Shown: positions 37,701 to 49,700 of the stretch, one piece after another | Layout of the letters: every line of letters starts with the position of its first letter | How positions within the stretch are numbered: the stretch's first letter is position 1 | Assembly: GCF_018977255.1 (NCBI RefSeq) | Contig: NW_024704742.1 | Span: 84,570,001-84,634,000 of the forward strand | Source: Callorhinchus milii | Lineage: Eukaryota | Direction of reading: 5' to 3' | Length of the DNA: 64,000 nt | The notes under the pieces: model-generated | The model's database searches: none | Told to the model about the DNA's origin: nothing | Seen by the model: the letters and a program-made list of their open reading frames with translations, nothing else | Translations under genes and position numbers: made by a program

Positions 37701-40700
37701 ATGGAAGTGAAGAGCAAACAAAGGTAAGAAAGAGCAAGGCTTGAACTTTTATAGCCTTTTCTGCATGATATACATCCAATCTGGATTATGGATGCTTTGA
37801 GGGTGCTTTATATTCAGCATTATATTTTCTAGATTAAGCTCAGCCCGGCTCATTTGATAACAGTCTTACTTCTGGATAAGAAGACTATAGGTTCAAGTCC
37901 CACTTTGGGACATTGGGCTCATAGTGTCTACGCCAGGGGTGGGCAAAATACGGCCCGCAGAACATATCCTGCCCGCCAAATGATTCTATCTGGCCTGTCT
38001 TTGTGTCTAGCAATAGATAAAATTATAGTTCGTTCAGTCCCAGATAGGAGCAGTTTTAAATGCGTCCCTTACGTTTCTTTTGTCACAGCATCGATTTTTA
38101 ATTGCTAAAGTCGTTAGTTTTTTTTTCTCTTCAAATTTTGCATTTCAATCAGACCAGGAACATCAGCTAATCACACTGCTCAGTTGTGCGCACGCTCCCT
38201 TAAGTGTCGAATCAGACTGACATCAGAAATTTACAGATTGGCAAATTTTCAAACGCGCGCGGCAACCTCAACTGACTTACAGTGTCGGCCACGGCACGAG
38301 CAGCGTAAAGCCTTACCACCACAGAATTGACGTTCGCCATTAATACTTTTCACTGAAGAGGACGTTACTGTGATTTAGCCGTTTATTACTTGTTTGTATT
38401 TTTTGTGCGCCAATTTGGTATTTATATCACCCATAAACCGTGAATGTTAATTCGAAATGAGTTTATCAAAGAAGCGGAAAGTGGACCCTGAAGGCCGAAT
38501 ATTCAACAAAGAATGGACTTCTAAATTTTTTTTTACCAGTGTGGGTGGAAAACCTGTGTGCTTAATTTGCAAAGAAAGTGCGGCAGTGCTCAAAGACTAC
38601 AACTTGAATTGCCATTTTGAGAGCAAATATCCTTGCAAATATAAGAATTTTTCTGCTGAAGAAAAAGGAAAGAAAGCTGATGAGATGCAAAAAGAGCAAA
38701 GCATTTTCACAAAACAATTTACATCCCTGGAAGAGATTACAAGAGTGAGTTACGTGATAGCAATTAACAAAATTGCCAAGAATAGCAAACTGTTCTCTGA
38801 AGGAGAATTTATAAAGGAATATATGGTTGATTCTGCCTCGATTTTATGCCCAGACAAGAAAAAAAGAGTTCGAGAACATTAGCTTGTCAAGTTGAAACTA
38901 TTGTGAGACGAGTTGAGGATATCTCTGAGAACCTGTATCTGCAGTTAAAAAATAAAGTAAGCAATTTTGCATGTTTTTCACTGGCACTCGATGAGAGATG
39001 TGACGTCAAGGATACAGCCCACTTGATAATTTTTATTCAAGGTATCACCAAACGTTTTGAACTCACAGAAGAATTAGCATCAATGCAGTCAATGAAAGAT
39101 ATGACAACTGTAGAAGACATTTTGGAGGCAGTAAATAAGTGTATCTTAAAATTAGGAATAGAGTGGAAAAAATTGGTGAATGTGACCACCGATGGAAACC
39201 CAAATCTGACAGGCAAAAATATTGGGTTAATGAAAAGAATTCAAGATCAAGTCAAAGAAACAAATCCAGAACAGAATATTGTTTTTCTACACTGCATTGT
39301 CCACCAAGAGGTCCTCTGTAAGAGTGTTCTAAAACTAAGCAATGTCGTGGACACAGTTACGAAAGTAGTCAACTACATTCGAGCAAGAGGTTTAAACCAC
39401 AGGCAATTTGTAACTCTGCTCGAGGAATTGGAATCCGAACACACAGATGTTCTGTATCACACGAATGTTCGATGGCTTAGTTTAGGAAAGGTCTTGAAAA
39501 GAGTGTGAGAACTGAGAGCAGAGATTGATTATTTTTGGGAATGAAACAAAAAGATTTGGATTTCTCACAGCTGAATGATGCGAATTGGCTCTCTGATTTC
39601 GCATTTGCCGTTGATATCATGGGCCACATGAATGAACTGAATTCCAAACTGCAACGGAAGGAGGCCTTTGTGCACGATTTGTATTGCCGTGTCAAGTCAT
39701 TTATGACAAAATTATTTATTTTATCGCATCAGATAGGAAACACGTTGTTCGCCCACTTTCCAACTTTGCAGCAGATTACTGTTTATGATCAAAGCCTTAA
39801 AAAATGTACTTCGTCACTACTTGACTTGCGTGCCAAATTTTCTCACCGATTCCAGGATTTCAATTTGATCGAAAATGACCTGTCTTTGATCTCTTCACCT
39901 TTCTCATTTGATGTTGACAAAGCTTCATTTGACCTTGAACTCAAGCTTAAATTGACCTGCAATGTGATCCATTGCTTGCGGAGCAATTCAAATCAGTGCC
40001 GCTTCCCAGTTTTTATGCCTCTCTTGATGAGTATACCTTTCAAAAAATAAAGACTCATGCCCAGATAATGCTTGTGCTGTTTGGATCTACATACATATGC
40101 GAAGAGACATTTTCTGTGATGAAATTCAATAAATCAAAACATAGATCTGTGATGACTGATGACCACCTTGCAGCAGTACTCTGGATTGCAACAACGGATT
40201 CGATGCCTGACTTCAATTGTCTGGTTAAAGCATATCAGCGCTTTCATTCTTCCCATTGAGTGAGATTCTCACATTCTCATCAATATGTGAATAAATGAAT
40301 CAATATCGAATAAATGTCTGCTCAATGAGTTGTTTTTATTTAACCTAATTTTAACGAATGTCAATTATATAGACTTTATGCATGTTCAAGTGTAAGACTT
40401 GATTTTGAGCTATTATTAAGCATTGCATCTGTAATTAAATGAAACTTATCAAACCTCGTGAAGTGGCCTGCCAACCAAAATAATTGCCCACCCCTGGTCT
40501 AGGCTGATGTCCTAGTGCAGAGCTGGGGAAAGAATGCATTGTCAGAAGTACTGTCCTTCAGATTAGATGTTAAACCAACATCCCGTAGACCTGTTCAGGT
40601 GAATGTTAAAGATCCATGACGCGATTTGTAAAGAGAAGGGAATTTCTTTGGTGTCCTAACCAGCAGTTCTCCAGATAAAATTTGTCATTCACTTGGTTGT

Positions 40701-43700
40701 TTTAGGACATTGCTGTGGCATTTTTCTGCAAATATCTTGTCACTATACAGAAACGTTTGGAAAGTACATTGTAATGTTCTTCATATTATAAACACTGTAT
40801 AAAATGCAAGGATTATTATTTAGAAATTCAGCAGTACGTAATGGAACTTTGTTAACAAAATGCACATGAATATCATTACAATAAAACTCGCATAAGTCTG
40901 ATTTGTATAAATTGTGTAATCACCTAAGTTTTATCAAAGCAACAGGACAAGAAGGCACAGGTTGTGAAAGGCAGTTTTAGGATAGACACTGGGGAAGTAT
41001 TTCTTTACAAAGCAATATAGAATAAAGGTGATAGAAGCTAGGACACTTGTCACACTATTTTTATTACTCTTTTCATGTAGGTGTCGTGTATATGCAACAG
41101 GTTATATATCCTGATTTTATAGCTTTCTATCTTTTCACAGCATAATTGACTGGAACAATCCTGTGATTGTCAATAAACTGTATAAGATTTACCTGGGAGA
41201 CATACCATTGAAAACAAAGGAGGTAAGTTTCTTTGCAGTTTGACCTTTCCTGTGAACATTCTGAAGTCCCACACAAATTTATCAGCTGTAAATAGAGTTA
41301 AACATCCTCACAAAAATCACTTGTAATTACCGTGAACAACAGAAGATCAGAGAGGCTTAATTAGAATTACTATAACTGATCTTTGCTCTTTATTTTCTAT
41401 TAGCCAATTTATAATCAAATTCCAAAATCATCCTTTGACCTTAGAGATTTTGCATCCCAATTGCTTCACCTGTGTAACTGAGCTCAGCTCTGGTAAACCA
41501 TTGACCAGCGCTGGAAGCAACATAGGTTTGCTTCGAACAGTATAAAGAGAATAAGAGGGCCATTCTGACAGTAAAGATAATCTTCACTCGATACTTATTG
41601 TTAAATAAAGAAGAAAAACAGCCACTGAAATTTGACAGGAGCTTTCTGAAATAATTTGCAATGCATGAAACATTTACCTTCCATGTGATCTCAATTGAAT
41701 AGATCTATGTCACTGTTTGCTCATTTGTGAGATTGTTTTCAGAGTCCAGTTGCTGGTGGAGACTTATGGAAACTGCTGCTGCATTGCAGTTCATTCAATT
41801 TGTAGCCTGCTCTTGTAGTTTTAATAATAATAATAATAATCCTTGCATTTGATATAGCGCTTTTCACGTCGGGAGGACGTCCCAAAGCGCTTCACAGAAC
41901 ACACTGTAAAGTGAATTGACTGTATATTTGTGGGCGAACGCGGCAGCCAATTGCACACAGCAATGTCTCACAAACAGTCGTAGATTGAAAATGACCAATT
42001 TATTATTGTTTTTGGTTTTGGAGGGATTATTATTATTATTATTTTATTTTACTGTTCTAGTTTTCTTAACAGGAATGCCTGTCAATCTTTTACAGGGAGC
42101 AGCACTGAAGCCAGAGCTAAAACGGGAACCAGTCAGCACCAGAGTTAAACTCAAGATTCTCCCCCACCTGTTGCGCTCCAAGCAGGCGGCAGAGATATTC
42201 CCAGCCAGTATACAGGTATGCACTGACGGCTTAAATCCTCACAGTCAAACTGACTGACTTTAAAATATAATCAGCCCTGAATTTAAACATGTGAATTAAA
42301 ATCTGTACACTTTTCTTTTGAAAAGTTTATATCTTCCCTCATGAATCAATGAACCACTAACAGCATGTAGCTACTTGCTCAGGAACCATTCCCCTTTCTG
42401 TTTTGGCTCTTTTGTATTTTATCCTCTCTTCTAAAGGTGGTTCACACATGTAGCAACACATCAAATATAAGAATTATAATGTTTTGCCTGTGAACCTGAA
42501 TGGTGACTGTTGGCGGGGAAGGGGAGAACTGGGCTGCCATCATATCAGACCCTGTACATTTCCTCATCCGTTGTCCCTATTGTAGAGTATTGATAGCTTT
42601 GGCTGATTTTCCTTCCCTTACCTGATGTAATAAGGCCAATTATAATGCTTCTAGTGCTGTCCCGACTGAGATCAGCAAACTTAGCACAGATCAGGCATTG
42701 ATCCTGAGATTTTCCCAATCTACATGGCTTGTCAACTTCCTGGTTCAGCTCAATCAGCCAACACAGAGCTATAATTTTAAATGTGTGCATTTGTGTGGCA
42801 GTGTTTGTGAAGTATCAACATTCTGAACCACAAAGTGGGTGGCAAGAGATGCATTATGTGACTGCTATTACTCAAACTGTGGAGTTCTTAAACACTGAGC
42901 AAAGTGACTTTCAAATTAATATTGAATTTAACAACTTTACAACATTTTGCATAATCTTAGTGAACCTAATGTTATGGGATGCTTGTTATCCTGAAAAGTG
43001 GTTTGTGATACTTCAGTATTGCAAATTTGAATTCTTCAAATGACCAGAGATTCTGTGCTAGTAAACTATTGACTGTTTTTTGTAGAGTCATTTATTTGAT
43101 TTTATCCTGGAATACTTTTGTGCGTCAAAAGATTAAATATATAAAACTGTGTTTGAAAGGGTTTTTAACTAGTTCTTTGAACAATCTAAACTGTAAATTT
43201 CTGCTAATAGTAGCTTGTTGTAAATTAATGACTATGTGGATTTATTTAAATGGTATTGATTCACAATCTTATTTCCACAGGTGGTGTACGATGGACTGTT
43301 TGGTGCTAATACAAATGCAAAGTTGCGGACCCTAACCCTACAGTTTGTGCATCATATATGTTTAGTGTAAGTGGCTGGAGATTTTGACAGATCAGTTCAT
43401 TACAGCAATTGAGACCTAAACAAGATTATCTAATCAACAATACTTTTTTAAAACGGCGGAATATTTGGGAAGGATTCCTTTTCACATTTCCTGCTGTGAC
43501 CAAGGAATAACATTAATGCTGCATATCGATGTATGTACTGCACTGAGAAGTCCACCCTTCTCTTTGGAGAAGAAATGCAATTTACACGACTCATGGAGGA
43601 AATGTTTTCTGTGGTTACAGGCAAATGGAATAATAAAAATAGTTAACCCATTAGCTGTATATTTGCACAACACTAAATGTTGCATGCTATTTTTATGAAC

Positions 43701-46700
43701 CACTTCAAAAGCCGGAACACAAATTTTGCAAAAACTGTTCGATTATTTTAAATTGAACATTTTTATTTCTAAGTAGTTATATATCACAGTTATTCCACTA
43801 ACAGTTTGTCCTAATCCACAGTCGAAGGATGTGTCTTTTATTCAAAGATCCAACATCGCTGTTTTTTGTTAGTTCCATCTTACCTGAATTTTGAAAGTAT
43901 ATTAAAAGGTTAAAACACTTTGCAGGCATAATTCTTACACTATATTGTTAATTCTAAAGACTGCTAAGTTGAAAACCTATTGAAGAAAAATCAGAGATCA
44001 GATCAGAGCCATTGATAACTCATACAGTGAATCCTCAATTTTTGCTTGGACTATCTTGGGAAAGTCATTTGCAAAATGGAGTTTCTGCTCCAACTGTGAA
44101 GGAGACAGCTGAACTGTGCAGCAACTGACTCCTGGCTCGAGGCCAGGCAAGGTAATAGGTTTCTTGGGCCAATCTGGTCAGGGAATAATATATGTCAAGG
44201 GTGAAACAGATAATTTTCAAAATGAGGAGAAACTTGGTAAGCCTAACCACATTCTTAAATGTTTGCTCAGCCAAGCTTGCCACGAAATGATGCAATGATT
44301 GCAAAATATCAAGTGTAAGTTTAAATTGCTGTGATGCAAAATGAACCATTCTATGTCATCGACATTCGCAGTGACAAAACAGAGTTAAATAATGTGGCTA
44401 CAGAAACCCACATCAATAGCTTGAGGGTAGGTGTGTAGTTAGCTGCAGTACTGATTTTCTGCCATCAGAGGTTGCTGACACATTCATAGAGATAAGTTAG
44501 ATTGTTTGTAACCTCATTGTGTATTTCAGTACCTTAACATCTGGTTGGAAGATTTAGATTTTGCTAACCAGTGGAGCCAGACTCAAAATCCAGCTGTTTA
44601 AATGAACCGTTTTTACCTAAAAAAATATTTACTGCTAAGGTTTTCTTTGTTAAGGAAGAAATAGGTGTTGCAGGAATATTACACTGCTTTAATATTTCTA
44701 GTTTTGAAAAGAATATTGTTTTCTCGGTCTCTGCTTTTCACATTCATTTGGATAGGAACAGGTGGAACTTATTTAAGTATAATGCTTTTTATTGATTGTG
44801 CTAATTATTTGTTTTATTATTCACACAGCTGCCCTGACAATAAAATTAAGCCTTTAGGACCAATGCTTTTAAATGGACTCACAAAGTTGATCAATGAATA
44901 TAAAGAGGTAAGACTCTTGAAAACCATTTGATCCATGAACTAGTGTTGAGCTATTATTTTCATCTTTCTTGCTTCCTCAAATGAAGATGCTGACTTGTGT
45001 TGAGATAATAATTATAATAATAATCCTTGCATTTATCACGTCGTTGAGACATCTCAAAGTGCTTCACAGAATATATTGTGAAGTGGATTGACTACAGATT
45101 TTGTGGCGAAATGCAGCAGTCAATTCCGCACTGCAGTGTACCACAAACAGTCGTGGAGTGAATGACCGCATTTTTTTTATTCTAAATTTTTTTAATTTAG
45201 AAGTAAAGCTCTAAGAATGTCATTAGCCTCCCAGCACCTCACTAAGTGACCATTCGTCTTCATTCTTGCATCCTGCACATACTGTAGGAGTAGGCCTACT
45301 TAGATATAGACTTGAGAATTTTGTTTATCATATGCCAGCCATTACCAAGCTGACCATGTTTGATTTTGACCATGTTGTACGGTGAGCATTGCAGCTGAGC
45401 CCGATCCAGTCCTCATAACATTCACAAATGCCCATCTTCTGGAGAAGTTGCTGAATATAATTTTTATCTCTTCACGTTTTCCCTAATAGAGCATTGTTGA
45501 AATTATATTAACATCCCTCTGCGGCATTGTCTCAGACACCTCACACAGCACAGACTTCTAGTTAACCATTTGCGCCTCAAAACAAAACTTAATTAGCTGA
45601 ATAGCACTGGCAGGTTAATTTTGATGCATTTCTTGAATGTGTTCTCTTATTCCCGAATGTGTTCTGTTATTCCCGCCTGTCAATTAAGTTTTAACATTTT
45701 CAGCAGATTGTACACCCATAATTTCTTACATTTTTTTTCCTTTTTTTCTCACTCAAGGATCCAAAAGCCCTTTCTATGGCATATTCAGCGGTTGGGAAGT
45801 TATCCAGGTGAATTTTTCTATTTTTCATATTGTATAAAAATCTCCCCGCACAGGAAGGTGTTTTCTATTACGCTCTCTGCGTTTTATAAAACAATTCAAT
45901 AACTATAAAAAATATTATCAAACTCTTTGTTTTTGAAGATATTTGGACGACTGTTTCACATCAGTGTTTCCAGAAATCTAAATAAATTGAAAATGACACT
46001 TTGATCTTAATAGGTGAGCCATTATCCATGGTATATAAATAATCAGCACACATCGCATGAATAAAAAGGCTCATATTCATAGAACATTGAAAATTCACTT
46101 CCTTTGTTAAATATGATCTTAAACAAAGACGAGAATAAGTGTGTCACGTAGCAAAAGGAACACAGTAAATGGAATGATAAAAATAGTTAACTCTTCAGTT
46201 GTATATTTGCACAACACTAAATGTTGCATGCTATTTTTATGAACCACTTCAATAGGCTGGAATACAAATTTTGCAAAAACTATTAGATTACTTTAAATTG
46301 AACATTTTTATTTAAGGGAAAATGTATTTCTAAGTAGTTATATATCGCAGTTATCCCACCAACAAGTTATCCCAATCCACAGTCAAAGGAATTTGCAGAT
46401 GTGTCTCTTATTCAAAGATCCAACATTTTCGCCATTTTTTTTAAAAATGCTATCAGTAGGACAGCCTAGGAGCAACTTTATTTTGCAGGCAGACCCTTTA
46501 TCTCACCAAGGAATTCCGAAGGAGCCATAAGGCAATGTTAAAGTAGATTTTGGGAACCAGAATATATTTTTGAAAAGGGTCTACATTGAAGTAGTCCCAC
46601 ATCAAAGCTTTCCTTTTGATGGTTTCTTCAGCACATGGACTGCTCGTTGTCTTAAGTACAGTGAGGACAATTGAAGGGCTCAAACCTTGTAAACAACTAG

Positions 46701-49700
46701 TTATAGAATAATGTTAGTTAAACCATTGAGAGTGATTATAGCACGTCTTTCAAACAGAGTAGAAAGGTTTAAAATTGAGAAAAGTCTATTTTTTAAAAAA
46801 AATCATCATGCATATACTTCTATTCAAAATATCAAGGAAAAAAAATAATCTAATCAACTTTATTTATGAACTGCAAAACCAAAACTGTGATTAAGTTCAA
46901 TAAGCCAGTTATCTGTACCCAGGAAACAAGCTTCTGAAGTTAAACCATTGTTATCAATGAATTGAGTTGTTTCCATTTTATGAATACAGCCGTCTACCAC
47001 AACTCTTCACTAAGGATTTAGCACTTGTGCAGCAGTTTTTTGAAGCTATGTGCAAGGTGAGTGGAAAAACTACATTTTTATTTTGCAATGCCTTTTTTTG
47101 AAACTTAAATTTAAACCTAAAGTCTTTTTATTTTTTGATATTTTAGGAAAATTCTGACATCAGGCTTTCTATTCAAGAAGCTTTGGCCATGATGGTAGGA
47201 GCCTACAGCTCACTACAAGGAGCTTCTCTTACTCTAATGGAGGCACTTGTTGCTGCTTACCTTGAAAAGGTATGTCAACATTTTAAATGTCAAAAAATCT
47301 AGACCTCTATTCACATTCTGCACTGAAGAATTCTCCTTCCTCTTCCATGACCATTGTAAATTTGAAACCCAGATGAGTTCAACAGAAAATGGATGAAAGG
47401 AAAGTGATTATATTTCAGAGGTGGGGGTAGAATATTATTTTATGGTAAGCTACTACAACTCTTGTGGTAACTTTATAGGTTCATCACATTCTGCTGTAGT
47501 ACAAGTAATGGACTCCTGTCATTTTGTGACCATTTACTCTCTGATGTGGTTGTGTTATTTTTATTGACAGATTTTCATCATTGGTTCACACAGAGATGCA
47601 AGTGTTTTTTAAAGTGCTATTTAGGAAGGAGCAAAATGGACTCCTTAAATAAGGTTAATCTTTATAATAATGTATCATGTGAGACTCAAACTTCAATATA
47701 AATCCTGTTACAGCTGTCAAAGTTGTAAAATGTGAAACAAATTCCATAAATCAGTTTTGAACACTGATTTGAACACTCCGCACAAGGACTTTTTGAAATA
47801 ATATTGCTACAGCTTTGTAATAAATATTAGTATCCTGTAAAAAGCAGCCAATATGACTGATTTCGATTGGAAAATATGAACTTTTATCCAAAGAGTATAA
47901 CATTCAATTATCAAAAACGTAAGTAATTCAGGTCTCAGTGTGTGTAACTAGCATCTATTTCAAACATATTCTCTTTTTCTGCAGCCTGAAGCACAGGTCC
48001 GACAAGTGGCAGTAAAGTTTGCCAGCACAGTGTTTGCCTCAGATCATATACCATCCAGATACATGCTATTACTAGCTGCTGGTGATCCGTAAGTATTTTC
48101 TCCTCTTATGGAAACTGAATATTGTAGGAATTACGTTCACTGAGGAGGTTATTTATTTAATTTTGATTATTGAGTACTGTGTTTATTTTAAAACAAATTT
48201 TATTCGCCTCAGTCTCGAAACCAAATTATTTGGTTAAGAAGAATATATTTTGTCAATGAATAAGCACAAAGCAAGATTAGACAGACTGTTGAATGTTTAT
48301 TTTAGTCCCACATGAAATCATCTAACTCAGAGTTTAATATTAGAAAAGAAGAGGTTCAAGGAGAAGCAAAACGTGTACTGAGGGCTCTGCCAAATCAAAC
48401 GAGCGAAAAGGAAAGCACCCCAAAGCCTATGCCATCTTTTCCTGAAATGGTCCATTACATTCAGGACAAGGTAATTTTTTTAAACAACATTTTTAATGAA
48501 TGTCTCCCATTAATTTAGTTTTCCAGATTGATGAAGTAAAATGGTAAAGAGGAGTTTTTTTATTCCAAAACATAGTACAATTATATAACTAATTATCATG
48601 TCTTGTTTATGCTGATAATCTTTGTTTAAAATGGGTGGCGTTGCTTGACCTGATAATTGACCATAACAATTATATAAAGAAGTATGAATGTAATTCTCTA
48701 GATTAATTCTCACAAAGTAGTTTCATGCACTACCCATTCAAAAACACTTAGGGACACTTAGAATGTTACCCTTGTAGCCCTGCTTACATCTGTTGTTGCA
48801 GGTATTGTGACTATTTACTGCATCAAGCCACGCCGCTGTTAAATTCTTGGAGCGACAATCTGAGTCAAGGATGCTATATAAATGCAAGTTGTTTTTCCCT
48901 CCTTAACAGGCTTCTCAGAGGATAAAAACTTCAGCAAAATATGTTGTGGGAACTTACATTCTGCCATTTAACCCTGCTGCCTATAGTGAGGTAAGGAGAT
49001 TATAATAATAATCCTTGTATCTGATATAGTGCATTGTACACCCAGAGGTTGTCTCAAAGTGCTTCACTGAATTTTCAGTAATGTGTAGTGACTGCATTTT
49101 GTAGGCAATACTAATGCAAGTATTAATTATGTGAATGGTGTGCTCTACCTGTATACAGTAATGTAGTGAAATGTAAAATTGGTTTCTAGAACTTTCAAAA
49201 GAAAAGGTTTGAGGGTGACCTGATGGAGTTCTTTAAAATTATGAGAGGTTATGGCAGTCAATAAGGAAAAATTATTTGCATTAGTCAGTATAGGACATCA
49301 ATTTAATATAGCTAACAAACGGGGAGATTAGGAGATTTTTTTTTCCAGGCATCTTATTACGATATGAAATGCCCTGCCAGTAGTGGTAACTGAGGCAGAA
49401 TCCTTATTAGCTTTCAAAAGGATCCAGCTAAATACCTTAAAAGGTAGGAGTATGGAGAAAAGGCGGGTAAATGGGATTGAAAGAATTGTTCTTTAAACAA
49501 GGCAGCACAGACACGATGAGCCAAAAGGCTGTCGTCTTACTGTAGATTTCTATGGTTCTGTTTGCAGGCTTCGAATAGTCCCTCTTCTGAGCATGCAAGA
49601 GAGGAAAATAAAATGTACAGCAACTTCAATACAAAAAGCTGAAATAATATAATAATCCTTCCATTTGATATAGTGCCTTATCACGTCTTCGAGACATCTC

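Larger units (their letters stand above)
37838..40820 (+). mobile_element. Deu-domain SINE split by the hAT transposon (halves 37838-37933 and 40497-40820)
   Basis: Removing the hAT restores ...catag..gtctaggctga.. as in the uninterrupted copies. Confidence 0.8.
43623..46426 (+). repeat. Dispersed ~235-260-bp direct duplication (43623-43856 in intron 10; 46167-46426 in intron 12)
   Basis: Aligned by eye; includes a long identical block tgtatatttgcacaacactaaatgttgcatgctatttttatgaaccacttcaa. Confidence 0.9.

Noticed and set aside
38457..40259. Domesticated GTF2IRD2/EPM2AIP1-like host gene
   Set aside because: Multiple frameshifts and a stop, with TIRs and TSD retained: a dead transposon copy.
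48890..48909. U12-type intron suggested by TCCTTAAC before exon 17
   Set aside because: The motif abuts the AG and the donor (gtaatt) is not the U12 GTATCCTT consensus; no ECPAS donor here is U12-type.
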